A stretch of 61,644 bases of DNA, filler included, from Dimargaris cristalligena (Eukaryota), in NCBI GenBank assembly GCA_003614675.1. It is 11 parts of 11 records of this genome, joined end to end, with 100 filler letters (N's around TTAATTAATTAA, not from the genome) between each part and the next. Parts side by side here need not be neighbours in the genome. Positions count along the whole stretch, not along the records: positions 1 to 5,541 come from ML003614.1; positions 5,642 to 11,182 come from ML003615.1; positions 11,283 to 16,816 come from ML003616.1; 8 more parts are not named here. The stretch is one strand, 5' to 3'. Below are positions 1-12,461 of the stretch, piece by piece (the first letter of the stretch is position 1; each line of letters starts with the position of its first letter). The notes beneath the pieces were generated by a model. The model searched no databases, was not told the origin of the DNA, and was given only the letters and a program-made list of their open reading frames with translations. A program made the position numbers and the translations under genes.

Positions 1-26
1 ACCCCCTTTCTCGCTTAACACTCTAG

Positions 27-667
27 CGGGCACGGCAATTTTCTCTAAGGTCAAACCTCTATCGGTGAGCTACGGCCTCAAGCCTACCAAACTTGATGAA
101 GAAGGACGAGCCATCACCCTCGAGTTCGACGATTTCTTCCTAGTCGCCTGCTACGTCCCCAACGCCGGCGATAAGCTGGTTCGCCTGGACTTCCGGCAGG
201 AGTGGGACCGGGCAATGAACGAGTACCTGACCAAACTAGAGGAAACGAAGCCGATTGTCTGGACCGGGGATCTGAACGTCGCCCACCAGCGCTGGGATTT
301 ATCGCGACCCGATACCAACGAACGGAGCGCGGGATTTACCATCGAAGAACGCAACGGGTTCAGCGCCATCCTCAACGCCGATCCGCCGCGCATCGATACG
401 TTCCGCCATTTATATCCGGAGGAGAAATCGGCCAAGTCTTTCACCTTCTTTTCCTACCGGTTTCAGTGCCGGGAGAAACGGCTGGGGTGGCGCCTGGACT
501 ATTTTGTCGTGAGCCAGCAGCTGCTGCCCCAGGTTGTGGATGTAACCGTGCGCTCAGAGTGCTACGGGGCCAGTGACCATGTTCCGGTGGTGATGTGGCT
601 CAAGCGACCCGTGACGGCCCCGCTTGAATCCCCAGATGATTCAACTTCACCTCAGGATTCGGAGTAG
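27..667 (+). CDS. Exonuclease III-family AP endonuclease (APE1/ExoA type), last exon; 5' part lies off the contig
   Basis: Branch point and acceptor (GCTTAAC...CTCTAG) end at 26. The frame reads GTAIFSK..., GRAITLEF, YVPNAG, WTGDLNVAH, SAGFTIEER, GWRLDYFVVS, SDHVPV, which are EEP/ExoIII catalytic motifs. Confidence 0.92.
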
Positions 668-1196
668 CGGAGCTGATCCCGATGTTAGTTTTAATGTTGG
701 CCAAGTTTCAAAATAGTACGGTTGTTTTTCTGATGTTGCAGCACACAGGTTGAGAGGGGATTGGCCTTAACTATAAACAAAGGCCGCCGGTTTTAATTAT
801 TGGGGGGTACACTGCTTACAAAAGGGAACTGGGACGCAAAGGGCCACAAACTAAAATAATAATAGCTGAAGTAGCATATTAGGTATTCTGGCTAGTATGG
901 CACGTTGGGGGGCTAAATGTCCTTTTGGGCACTGGGTTCCGTTACCATTATGAGAAGCTGCAATAATCTGCCTAGCCATTGCATACTCTATATTGGCTGG
1001 ACCAGATTGAGTCAATGTCTACCCAATAAAAATGTTCCGAGTGACAATATATGGCTGTCCGCGGTTTAAATAGCGCTGGTAGCTATTGATTAAAAGATAT
1101 CTATTAAGTGATACATAAGCGTAGTAATCTAATTTTATTGTATATAATATTAGTGCTATCAACCTTACTTTGAATCGGATATAAACGTAGGCATGA

Positions 1197-1793
1197 TTAG
1201 GCCTTGGTTGGCTTTGGCGCCGATGTTTCCAGCTGGAGCCCGTGCATACCGGATATTTCATCCTTTAATATTTCGTTGACCTTGCGATGCTGACGAACCA
1301 AGTTAAGGCCCTGGAATTTCGGCGAACATACGGAGATTCGGTACATGGAGCCACAGCCACCTGGGTTTAGGAACGGGGAGGGAGGGGGGGTTACAGATAG
1401 GGCAAGTTAGGGGTTAATGTCCATTAAAACTGGATTCTGGGGACTAACCCTTTGGGCCAAACGATAGTTATATCGATAATCCGCTGGGATCAATAGCACC
1501 GGCCCCAATTAATGCCAAAGACCATGGCTAATAATGAAGATAGCCACAGTTTGGCCATGAGTAGTATGCCAGAACAGTAGATATACGCACTAGTTTAGGG
1601 TAAGTTAATGGGAAGACTCAGGCCGCTTACCTGAAATGTCAGCCACGGTTAGGGTGGTGGGTTCTAGTGCCTGTGTCAGCTTTTCGTAAATCTGACGCTC
1701 ACCCTGGTTGGCGAAGGTGGGAGTCGAGTAAAAGCGAAGCGCGGTGGTAAGGCGGGTGCCCGCCCAAAGGGTCTGGCTAAAGCGGAACGACAT
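1197..1793 (-). CDS. BOL3: Mitochondrial BolA-like protein (Bol3/Aim1 type), 2 exons (1793-1631, 1360-1197)
   Basis: Arg/Ser/Thr-rich presequence. Splicing GTAAGC (1630) to CAG (1361) gives DISGGCGSMYRISVCSPKFQGLNLVRQHRKVNEILKDEISGMHGLQL, the BolA3 signature. Confidence 0.9.
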
Positions 1794-2248
1794 GGGGACA
1801 CTACAAGGAAGAGCGGGGATGAAAGGAAGGGGAAAACGCTAATATTAAGCAAGCAATGCAAAGACTAAAAAGAAATGGAGAAAGAGAGTGGCAGCTGAAT
1901 CGGTTGAAAAATCAAGATTCCTTGGAGGTGGTAGAGATAGAGATACCTTTGGGCCACTAGGAGCCACCCAACCCAGTGTATAGCCCAAGGCCACTCGCCT
2001 TAAACAGTCCTCGAAAGGCATACGAGCTAAACCTAAATAATAGGGGAGCTTCGAAGCTCATGGGGAAGTAGCGCTCTCTCTACTACCTGGGACCGTTGAC
2101 CGATTTCCTTACCTTCTGGCTGTCTAAATAGGGAAACCCGCCTAAGTCGACTCTACCCCCCCTCTGCTATCCCCTGCTTCGAACCCCCAGCCCACATACG
2201 CCTAACTCATTAGGAGGCCCTGATCCTTCTCCGTCGATTCAATCAGCC

Positions 2249-3475
2249 ATGTGGGGTCAGGCTCGAATCCTTATTCCTAGGCCCGGCCAGGTGTTCCAAA
2301 CTCCTTCCACCCGGTGTATTACCTTCGGCTCCCCCGCCTCCCGCCGCTGGACCTCGTCAACTCAAGCGGGACCCGAGGGGAAACCCCTCACCACTCTACC
2401 GTCGCTGGAAGACCCCGCCGCTCGCATTTTCTCGGGCATCCAACCCACAGGCTCCTTGCATTTGGGCAACTACCTCGGGTCGATCCGCAATTGGCTGAAT
2501 CTCCAACAGGCCGCCACCGCCGCCCAGCTGGACTCCGTCCAGGCGCAACGAAAGCTGATCTTCTCCATTGTCGATTTCCACGCCCTGACCCAGCCCCAGG
2601 ATCCTACCCAGCTCCGGTCCGACATTCGACAAATGGCGGCCACGATCCTGGCCAGCGGCCTGGACCCCGAGCGCTGCATTCTCTTCCGCCAGTCCCATGT
2701 GGCGGAACACACGCAGCTGGCCTGGCCCCTCCAGTGCCTGACCCCCATGGGCTGGCTCAACCGCATGACCCAGTGGAAGTCCAAACTGCAGACCAAGCGG
2801 GGTTTGACCGACCGCCAGCTCCAGAACTTCGACATTGCCCAGTCCGGCCTCTGCCAGGGTCTATTTGCCTACCCGGTGTTGCAGGCCGCCGACATTTTAC
2901 TCTACCGCGCCAATTTGGTACCCGTCGGCGAAGATCAGCTGCAACACATTGAGCTAGCGCGGGATATCGCTGCCTTGGCCAACAAGACTGTACAGCAGAT
3001 GTTTTTTCCCCTGCCGCGGGCGGTACTCACCCCCACGAAACGGCTCATGTCGCTGCGGGACCCCGCCCGCAAGATGTCCAAGTCGGACCCCCAGCCGCTG
3101 AGCCGGATCAGTTTAACCGATACCCCCGAAGAGATCCACGCGAAAATCCGACGGGCCGTCACCGACTCGATATCCCAACCCACGTTTGATCCCGAACTGC
3201 GACCAGGGGTGAGCAACCTGCTCGAAATCTATAGCGGCATGACTGACCTAAGTGTGGCCGAAATTACCCAATTGCACGCCCAGAGCAACACCCAGCAGTT
3301 TAAGGAGGCCCTGGCCGAAGTCGTAGTCGCTAAAATTAACCCCATTCGGACGGAATTAGTCCGGCTGCAGACTGACCCGGAATACCTGGACTCCGTCCTA
3401 GCCCAAGGTGCTGATCGGGCCCGGGAGATCGCTTCCGTCAACTATCGCCAGTTCGGTGAGTTGATGGGCTTATAA
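2249..3475 (+). CDS. MSW1: Mitochondrial tryptophanyl-tRNA synthetase, intronless
   Basis: FSGIQPTGSLHLGNYLG (HIGH), YPVLQAADILLY, VPVGEDQLQH, KMSKS and an N-terminal targeting peptide. Confidence 0.96.
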   Translation: MWGQARILIPRPGQVFQTPSTRCITFGSPASRRWTSSTQAGPEGKPLTTLPSLEDPAARIFSGIQPTGSLHLGNYLGSIRNWLNLQQAATAAQLDSVQAQRKLIFSIVDFHALTQPQDPTQLRSDIRQMAATILASGLDPERCILFRQSHVAEHTQLAWPLQCLTPMGWLNRMTQWKSKLQTKRGLTDRQLQNFDIAQSGLCQGLFAYPVLQAADILLYRANLVPVGEDQLQHIELARDIAALANKTVQQMFFPLPRAVLTPTKRLMSLRDPARKMSKSDPQPLSRISLTDTPEEIHAKIRRAVTDSISQPTFDPELRPGVSNLLEIYSGMTDLSVAEITQLHAQSNTQQFKEALAEVVVAKINPIRTELVRLQTDPEYLDSVLAQGADRAREIASVNYRQFGELMGL

Positions 3476-5541
3476 TGGAGTTCGTTGAGTGTATATCTAT
3501 ACGCCAAGACATCGCTGATTAGACTAGATTTGCGTGGCCTATCCATGGCGCCCATCACAGGTGCTCCTACATAAACATGGCCGGCTTTTTTGTTAGCGAG
3601 ATATATAGAGCAAAAAACATATAGGCGAAATACAGTACAGCTGAATAAGAATTGCAATGAAATATAGATCATTAAATATGGAGGATTTGTTTTTTACAAG
3701 TCAAATTGGCTCGCCAAGCGGCATTGTTGTTTATAGTAGAACCGAGTCTGGCTCGTGCATCTAAAAATAGGGAACCACTACTGAGTACTTTTTCATGAGC
3801 ACACTCCGGCCACAATATTCGTAAAAAGGGGTCGCTGGTTGGAGTAGCCATAAACATCATACAAATGCTATAAAGGTATTAAATGCGACAAAAAATTCCT
3901 GTTGTATCAGAAAGTGGATAATAAAGTGCTCACTTGAGTTCCGGTAACGGTTAATGTTCCCCGTATCAACATTTCATTAAGATTAATACAAATTGTATGC
4001 AGCCTAGAAAATCCCAAAAATACCTCATTTTCTGGAGTATACTATTCAACCTAGTATTAAAGACATTAGGGTAGCCACTTCAACCAGCTAATTCGATAAT
4101 TGCAATCAATACTAACAAAGGGCATCTTCCTAAGGCATTATGTTCTTCGTGTAGCTGCTATGGCATTATAATTTCTCTTTATCCTATTCTACATCTGAAA
4201 AATGCATGTACTCATCTACTTGTCACTAATTCATCGAACAAAACGGCTAATATAAATAGGAGTTATTCCCACATCAGAAAAACAACTTTAAACACAATTT
4301 TATTATATTTACAAAATTTGAGATATGCATTTAACCTGCTCATCGGCAGGCACCACCTTGTTTAGATTATGGAGTGGCTGGTACAATAGGCAAGCCCCTA
4401 TCTGCATCAGAAAGGGGCTTGTCCCGCTCGGAGGTTGGGTAATCCCTCCCCAGGACAAGGGAGGGATTACCCATAACTCCCCCTTGGGGGTAAATATATG
4501 ATTTTAATACCTACATTAATGCAGGGAGCGACGTGTATAATATTGTGCAGGTTGCTCGATGGGGGAAGTAGGGCCTTAGTACGGCCATTGGGAGGGGAGG
4601 GGGGAGAAGTAAAAAGAAATGGGAAAAGAAGAGGGTAGGTGACAGATGTGTGGTGAGGAGTAAGGGATGGTTGCATTATTGAAACATCCGAGTAATTAAG
4701 AAATGATGAGTGTATATTTGGGCAGGACTTCGGTCTGCTTTTTATACAGAACTTGAGCTAAGGTTTTATTAATCAAGTGCTGGATAGGGCGGCCCCACTA
4801 CCCCCATCAAAGTAAAATATGATTCTAGTTCCATTCCATAGATTTATTTAGGGAGACAATGGCCTAGTTGCTGATGGGTATTAGCAATGGAATGAGGGTT
4901 TGTATTCATGCCCACCTATTCCCTTTGTTGCCTATTTGGATTATAACATGGAAGCCAACAATACACCACTCGATATTAAAACTAAGCACTGGAGTATAAT
5001 CAGGCACAATGTATCGATACTATGACTTAATCCCCTACTTATGTCACCCGATCATGGGATATACCCATAGCCGGGGGTTTCTTGGCTGGCGCTCTTTTCT
5101 ACAATACTTCCTATTTTCGATGAATATTCCATGAAGCACCCCACAATGCCAGGTCTATTTTTTACACTAAGATAATCCACCCGGTGAAGAACATTAGGTC
5201 TTATATTGGAAAAGGCTGTGTGCCTTATGTGGGGAGATCCATCCCCGTCAGTCACTACAATGTAACGGCGATGGATCCAGTTGTACTTCCCTTGACTAAC
5301 TGGTTCGCCGATTAAATGGGCACAGTCTAGCTATAACATGGACAATGCGCAATGCCGTGTTCCTAATAGGAGGGGTGAGGCCTTCCGGCCTTCGGTAATG
5401 TATTCTAGCCGTAGATGGTCTGTGAATTGCTGATAATCGCCCTAGTGCGATTGTGGTAGATTGATTTACTATTATTTATTTATTTGGGTTTTGGCACCTG
5501 TGGTAGCTGGGGTGGGGTGTGATGAACCAGAATGGTGCACG

Positions 5542-5641
5542 NNNNNNNNNNNNNNNNNNNNNNNNNNNNNNNNNNNNNNNNNNNNTTAATTAATTAANNN
5601 NNNNNNNNNNNNNNNNNNNNNNNNNNNNNNNNNNNNNNNNN
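5542..5641. other. Artificial contig spacer N44-TTAATTAATTAA-N44 (also at 11183-11282, 16817-16916, 22434-22533, 28046-28145, 33653-33752, 39257-39356, 44858-44957, 50459-50558, 56053-56152)
   Basis: Identical 100-bp linker with stops in all six frames; the pieces between linkers never increase in length. Confidence 0.99.
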
Positions 5642-6877
5642 TAGAATCTGAATCAAATGCGAACGAAAAGAGAGTCGGTAATTATATTCTTACCGGCAAC
5701 ACCTGTCTCATCCAACGTGATAATTTGCTATTCATCTGGATAGAACCTCCCACCTAATAATCACCTGAATTCGCGGCTCGGCTGATAAAGCTGATGGCCC
5801 AGGTTAATCAAACGACCGCATCATAGGCGATGAGGAGTGTTGGTTAAAGTGGTAAACATACCAACAGACCTAACCGATGATGGGGAGCCGATAACTCAGT
5901 GCTTTAGCCTTTATGGCATGGTTATCAATTTTTCAGAGTCATAAACATCTTGTATTACTTTTGAGAATGGCAAGAGGGTAGCTGATGAGGAATTTATACA
6001 TTCGGGTGCTGCCAAAAACACCGGGATTTGTGCCCTACTTGCCCTTGGAATTCCGGACAACACCGGTATAGCATATGGCACCTACACTCCACTTCCACCT
6101 GCACAACACGGTTTATTAACGCCGTGGATTTGTTCCACTGATCTTGATATTTATAGCCACATACAGCTATCTCCGGACATTGTGCAATACTATTAAAGGG
6201 CCGTATTCTGCATGGCTACATTTGTATTGCTCAATTTAAGTACTAGCCATAATGCCTAATAACAAGTAAAGGAAATTAGCCCGTCTAGTCACCATCCCTC
6301 TGTTGTTTCATTGGGGCACTCCCCCTTCTGACTGTTAAAGCTGTACCTGCGTCACCTTTCTTCTATGTGCAAATGGTTTCTTCTTTCACTTGTAGCACCA
6401 TACCAGCTAGCTAGAATCCCTTAGGCACCATTGAGCTTTCCAATAAGCTTTCCTTGTTGGTCTACGAGGCTAAAGGCGAGTCCCTGATTTGCAATATTGG
6501 GGGCGATGGCAATACATGTAGTAATTCATGTATAGGGTTTTATAAAAATATTGAAGTGGGGTATCACTATTCCTTGATACGGGTATTTTAATAAGGTTTA
6601 TTATAATAAAACAGGCCGCGTGAGGGGGGAAATTGGCACGAAAAAATACAAACCAGAGCAGACGGAAGTGAAGAAAGAGAGAAAACCGGAAATCGGCGAC
6701 AGTTGGAGCCTTGCGTTCATTCATGTGAGTGAAGTATAAGATCTAGTCAGCTACCTCCCATTTGCCCAAATATTCCATGATGAAAATAATAATCGGTAAA
6801 CTAGAGAGGTTCGGTTGCGCGTAAACAGAGGCCAATCGGCGAGGGAAAGGGGAGAAGGGAAAAGATCAAGGGGCCAT

Positions 6878-7667
6878 TTACAAATCAATGACACGAATGC
6901 CATCCTTATCGACGACCTTGGCTACGAACCGGGGCATATTAATGATAAAACGACGGTGGAGTTCCTCGAGGCATTGGCGAATAAGGCCCATGGCTTCGTC
7001 CAGGCTTATATCGGGGTGGTAGTGCCGGTCCATCAGCGAAATACAGTAGTAGGCACAGTAGCCGTGGGCGGCAAAGGGCACCTGGGCGAGGGCAGAAAGG
7101 TGGTCGATCCAGTACAGACAGGGCCCCTTCTTGTGGTCGTACCCGCTCACCAACAGGTTGACCTGGTAGGCGGACTATTGGTCGATCAGAGTAAAACATC
7201 AAAGTGAGGTGTGTGGGGGGGGGAGAGAGTAAATATGATGAAATCAATGGAATTACTTAGCAAGTAGGACTACAGCGGGGAATATTCGCTTAATTACGAG
7301 GACCACGGCATGGTGGTCTATTTGTCAAGGTATGAAATCCGGTATTGAACTATGTAAACAGGTAATCCTAAAAATGACTTACTCGAGTGCGCAGAGAGTC
7401 GGCCAGCTCGCGGCGGACGAAATTGGCGGTGGCCCCGGGGGTTAGCTCAATGTTGTTGCGGATGCCGTACAATTTGACGTTCTTCTGGACGTATTCGGCG
7501 AAGTTGGTGGTATCGCCGGCCTCCCCGCAGTAGGAGATGAGGGTGTGTGGGTTTAATTCCCGGGTCTTATCCTCATCGTGCTTTAGCACAGTGATGGATC
7601 GAATCGCCATCGTGTCCGTCACGGTAATGACGAAGTCCTTACCAACGAGTCCCATCAGGCATTCCAT
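6878..7667 (-). CDS. PRE1: 20S proteasome subunit beta-4 (PSMB2), 2 exons (7667-7383, 7174-6878)
   Basis: MECLMGLVGKDFVI...GEAGDTTNFAEYVQKNVKLY...NFVRRELADSLRTR | SAYQVNLLVSGYD...AAHGY; intron GTAAGT...AATAG at 7382-7175. Confidence 0.95.
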
Positions 7668-8397
7668 GGCTGTAATAAGTAGTAAGGGGGGAGGTTGGAA
7701 ATGGGAAGGGTGGGGTGTGGGGGGGGGGTTGAACAAGAAGATAAAGGTGGAAATGGACAGTAGGGAGTACAAGGGGTCGCAGCGATAGTTGAATGGTTTC
7801 GAGGGAGAAGGTCAAATACAGGAGTCGGAAGATGAAAAATGCGAAGCCGGGGTTCAAAACGGACAATGAATGGCAAGGGAAGCTGCTGGGGTGAGGGCTG
7901 TCGGAAGACAAGGTGATCTAGTTCAGCCCATCAACTGAAGTGGTTGGATTTAGTTGGCTTGGTGAGGCTTAACCTAGGGCCTACTCTCCCTATCTACCCA
8001 GTTTCCAGGACTTGCTTGGGTAGCCTGTCTATACAGCCCAGCTAGGTGGTAGCCTACTCAGCCTCGGCCGATGACTAATAGGCAGCGCGCATCTATAACC
8101 CTTTATAACATAATCAGTCTCGTGCACCTCCAACCGTCGCCCTATTAAAGGATACTACTAGTGTCTCCATAAGTCACGTGAACTTTAATTCCCAATCGCA
8201 TGGCGTCATTGTAAGTAATATTTTCCTCCACAGCTATTTACACCCTCACTTTAACGGTATCTGATGTTGCCGCTTTATTCAAGTTATAAAATTCAAAAGT
8301 TAACACATGGAAGAGAGTTAGATAATTGCTGCACGCGATCTTATTGAAGGGCGGTGGGCATAACACGTCTCCGCGACGATGGTTTGGTCCCTTTAAT

Positions 8398-9569
8398 CTA
8401 TTCGTCGTCACCGTCCCCACCATCCTCCCGGGGTTCCTTCGGCTCTAGATCCTCACCGTACTGGATAGCCGTATCAATGCTCGACATCACGTAATCTATC
8501 GAATCCTCATTCGTGATGTCCAGCGGGATAAATGACACCACGCTGAAGTCATCAATCAGCCGCGCGATGGCCCGGTTCAGGTTGTAGAACTTGGGCCGCG
8601 TGGCGCTGTTGGCATCTTCCACCAAGAGCAGTGGGTCCGGATCAAAATACTGCTCCAACTCTTCCATGGTGGCCCGCTTGAGCACAATGTCCATTTTACT
8701 CATCACGTTAATGTGCGGGATTTCAAGGTTGATCATGGCGGAGGTCGCCGTCATGACCCCGGAGAAGTACTTGGCCGTATCTTGGACAAACTGGCTGTCG
8801 AGAATGTAGACTCCACACACCATAAAATTCCAGCGCTGGAGGGTTTCGCAGACCCTCCGCATGATCGGGAAGTGGGTATACAGTTCGATTTGTCCTAGGT
8901 AGCCAATAATCAGGGTGGTTAAAAAGGGCGAAGTTAGTGGACAGGTACCAATGTTACTACTGGTTAGGAAAGTCAGTCCTTAGAGTTTAGAGAATATTTG
9001 GATTGTCAATATGATTTAGTACGATTGTAATCTATAAATGCCCGTATGACGACCACCAGACAGGTCTTGGTTGTAATACATATGGGAGTAGTTCAACAAG
9101 GCTGTATAACGAAAAGTCCATTTGATGAGGCAAGTACTACTGGTTGAAAATAAGCATCCCACCAATTTTCCCATACACATATCGGTTAAAACCTAATACA
9201 ACCAAGCTGAACTTCACCCATATATATCTATATATAATTATGAGCCTTACCTGGGCAGTCAAAGATGAGATAGTCGTCTTCGAAGTCGCCGAGCTCTTCC
9301 TCGAGCCAGTCGATATTGTTGAGTAAGAACTCCATGCAGTAAATAAGTCCACCGTTGGGCCCGTAGTCCAGCTCCTCCATGACATCCTCCAGCGTTATAA
9401 GCTCGCGGATATCAATGGAGGGGGGGTATTCGAAGTGTTCGGCAGCGGGGTCCAGGTTGACCAAATGGACAGCTCGACCGGTGTTCTGGCAGTGGGTCAT
9501 CATGGTGGCACAGTAGGTGGATTTGCCGCTGCCGGCGGGACCCATTACCATTTGGCAGTGTCGGCCCAT
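8398..9569 (-). CDS. GPN3: GPN-loop GTPase 3, 2 exons (9569-9251, 8894-8398)
   Basis: [13 protein letters not shown] (P-loop), [43 protein letters not shown]. Confidence 0.95.
9084..9219 (+). mobile_element. 136-bp MITE (family M) inside the GPN3 intron
   Basis: Imperfect TIR of about 26-30 bp (GGGAGTAGTTCA...TGAACTTCACCC), ATAT on both sides, and homologous copies elsewhere in the window. Confidence 0.85.
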
Positions 9570-9594
9570 GGTGTTTGAGATATAGTAAACGAAA

Positions 9595-9645
9595 AAGAGA
9601 GAGTGTGTGTGTGTGTGGGTGGGTGGGTGGGTGGGCGTGGGTGAG
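9595..9645. repeat. Compound microsatellite (GA)n(GT)n(GGGT)n in the GPN3/RRP42 divergent intergenic region
   Basis: agagagagtgtgtgtgtgtgtgggtgggtgggtgggtggg. Confidence 0.8.
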
Positions 9646-10174
9646 AGGAGAGGGGGTACGGGGGAGTTACAATTCTAGAGAATCAAGGCTAACCCGTAAT
9701 ATAATGGAATTGCTGTGGTTGGGGGACAGACGCGTTGGGTAGAAGCTAGATAGTAAACTAAAGGAAAGGAAAGGGATAGAATGGAATGGGCCGTAGTGAA
9801 AAAGGGCTAAACAGGACCATTCAATGGTAGTTGGTAGAGTCACGTTAGTCGAGCTGGAGTAGTAAGCCTAAATTCAATATTGTGTGTGGTTTAGCTTTGA
9901 AAATGGGACATTTGTAGTAGAGGAAGAAAAAAAAGGGACGAAGAAGGGAGCGGGTTTGCGCATGCCCAGCGATGCTCAATCAGCTGTGCTTGCAAAAACG
10001 ATTCCTTGACTAAAAAGTCTTTATCCTACCTATTTTATTATACTACCTCACTTGGGCTGCTCCAACCTGTCCTCTTTCGATTCGATTCAATTTGATAACG
10101 ACAGCGCAAAAATTACTCCCTTCCCATTTTTTTAAAAAATATATATTACACCACCGCCCTTTCTTACTCACACC

Positions 10175-11118
10175 ATGGCCACCACGGGTCTCATTTCCCC
10201 CGCCGAAATCAACTACATCCGGGAGGGTTTCGCCGTTGGCATCCGGGCCGACGGCCGGGCTCTCCGGCAATACCGTGAGTACCTCCTGGGCCTCGATGTC
10301 ATTTCCCATTCCAGCGGCAGCGCCCGTTGTCGCATCGGCTTCGGCACCGATGTTTTGGTGGGGGTCAAAGTCGAAGTGAGCAACATTGAACCAGGCGAAG
10401 TGCCCAACCGCGGCAAAGTGGTGTGCAATGTGGAGTGCTCCCCCAGTACTACGCAAAACTGGGACAGTCGGGCGGCCGACGAGCTGAATAACGAACTCAC
10501 CCAGTTTTTGCACCGCTGTTTAAACGACTACGACGGCATTGATTTGGAAAAACTGTGCATTATCCCCAACCAGTCCTGCTGGATTCTTTACGTTGACGCG
10601 CTGGTAAGTTGTGGTGATCTCAGCCGGGATTTTTAATTATTATTTTTTTGGATGAATGGTTGTCCTTGATCCATAGAGTCTCCACCCTATTATAACGCAC
10701 GCTGCACCTACTAATCATCTATACGAGATCTCACCATCCCCACCCCCATGGTTATAATTAGGTTCTGGACTTCGGTGGCAACCTATACGATACGCTCCTC
10801 ATGGCCGTTCGGGCCGCCCTCTTCAATACCCGGATACCTAAAGTCCACATTGAAGAAACCGGTGATGACGGCGAAAAAGAATTCGATGTCATTGACGACC
10901 CGGAAGAGGCCGAACCGGTCCCCGGTTGGGCAGACGTCCCCCTGGCCGTCACGCTGAACTGGGCCAACCAGACCTACTTTGTCGACGCCAGTGAAATGGA
11001 AGAGCACTGCACCGACGCTAAACTGACCGTCACCGTGAATAAAAACGGTCACATTTGTGCCATCCAGAAATCCGGCCTTGGCGCCATTCCGCAAAAGGTC
11101 TATCCGGAAATGTTGACG
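10175..11118 (+). CDS. RRP42: Exosome complex RNase PH-like subunit Rrp42 (EXOSC7); exons 10175-10603 and 10762-11118; 3' end lies off the contig
   Basis: ISPAEINYIREG...RADGR, GSARC, TDVLVGVKVEV, IDLEKLCIIP..CWILYVDAL|VLDFGGNLYD..AALFNTRIPKV; GT-AG introns. Confidence 0.92.
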
Positions 11119-11282
11119 GTAAGAATTAGACAAGAATGGGGCGTTCCGTTGGCGCTGTGGCCTTGACCCTTTGAGTTGTAACNNNNNNNNNNNNNNNNNN
11201 NNNNNNNNNNNNNNNNNNNNNNNNNNTTAATTAATTAANNNNNNNNNNNNNNNNNNNNNNNNNNNNNNNNNNNNNNNNNNNN

Positions 11283-12461
11283 GGGAAAATCGGTGGGATG
11301 TTTATTTTCAACCAGTAGTATTTGCCTCATCAAATGGGAGAAATTCAAACTGGCTGTATAAGGTTTTACATAATACGTGTATGGGCGAATATATGTGAGA
11401 ATAACTTTTAACCAGTAATATTGGCCTTATCCAATGGATTTTTCATTATACAGCCTGAATGAACTTCTCCCAAATGGATTTTTCGTTCTAATCTCTTGAT
11501 TCGTCCTAGAAGGGCGAAATGCGTCAATCCACCAATAATACCAGGGCCTAGTCCCAGTCTCGTGGTCACCAAACACATGCATCGATTTTCCCACCACATG
11601 TAAAGTGTATTAAATAAATATAGGTATGTTGTTCTACCAATCCCGTCAAGATCGCAAAGGCCTGTTCTCCCTTACGCACAATGAAATGAAACGCTTTATT
11701 TTGTTAAAAAAGATCTGTATATATATATATTATTATGGATTTTGGGCCTAAATGGCTGTGCTATAATCAAGCGGGACCCACAAATCCCTTGAGAGGGGAC
11801 TGGGGCATAAGGTCAAGGTCGTATATATTGCCCAACCAGATCTTTTTGAGGGGCTCCAGTGGTTTCAGGGGGCAAATGCACGATGATTGTGATTCACCTC
11901 CCTTTCATATAATGCCTGCAATTCTATCCCACGAATCAGATGGACAATTTATACCGACCATTACCACATAAAACTGCCCTTTTCCCCTTCTTCCGCAAAT
12001 AACTCGTCTGGGGAAACCAAGATTCAGACAGCAGTCACGCCCGCTAACCATACACCGCCGGGTTGGATGAGTACCGCCAGGGAGAACTAAGTAGCTCTTT
12101 TTCTTGAACGTATCCTATCCCCGATACGCATACCCCTGTCCTTCGCTGGACCACGCTCCTTTTACATCCAAAGGGTTTCTTAACTTTAGGCATTTTAGCA
12201 GCGGCCCTGCTCTACGCAACCTTTTCCTTTGGAAAGACCAGAAAATCCCCCAAATCCTGAAATCCCTCCTCTAGCCTAACCCGAAATTGTTCCCCAACCC
12301 TGATATCTCCACCACTGCCATTCTGGTGCGGCCCTTCTCCTTCAATCGACAATTGATTAGCTTCGGGACATCGGATGTCCAACGGTTGAGAAAATGGCTA
12401 ATTAAGTCAATACATATGGGTGGGCGTGGGTGGGGAGGGTGTAAGTAAACAATATCCAAGG
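11283..12461. repeat. Left arm of an apparently perfect 1179-bp inverted repeat (partner 15638-16816)
   Basis: Reverse complement of the other contig end wherever compared; mirrored ORFs are identical (e.g. 11735-11971+ and 16128-16364-). Confidence 0.97.

Noticed and set aside
2314-2952. Long alternative-frame and antisense ORFs over MSW1, KCS1, the transcription factor, the subtilase and RalGAP
   Set aside because: Shadow ORFs of GC-rich coding DNA with no recognisable motifs
11408-12459. Duplicated small ORFs (63, 78 and 62 aa) in the inverted-repeat arms
   Set aside because: No recognisable domains; the duplication simply reflects the inverted repeat
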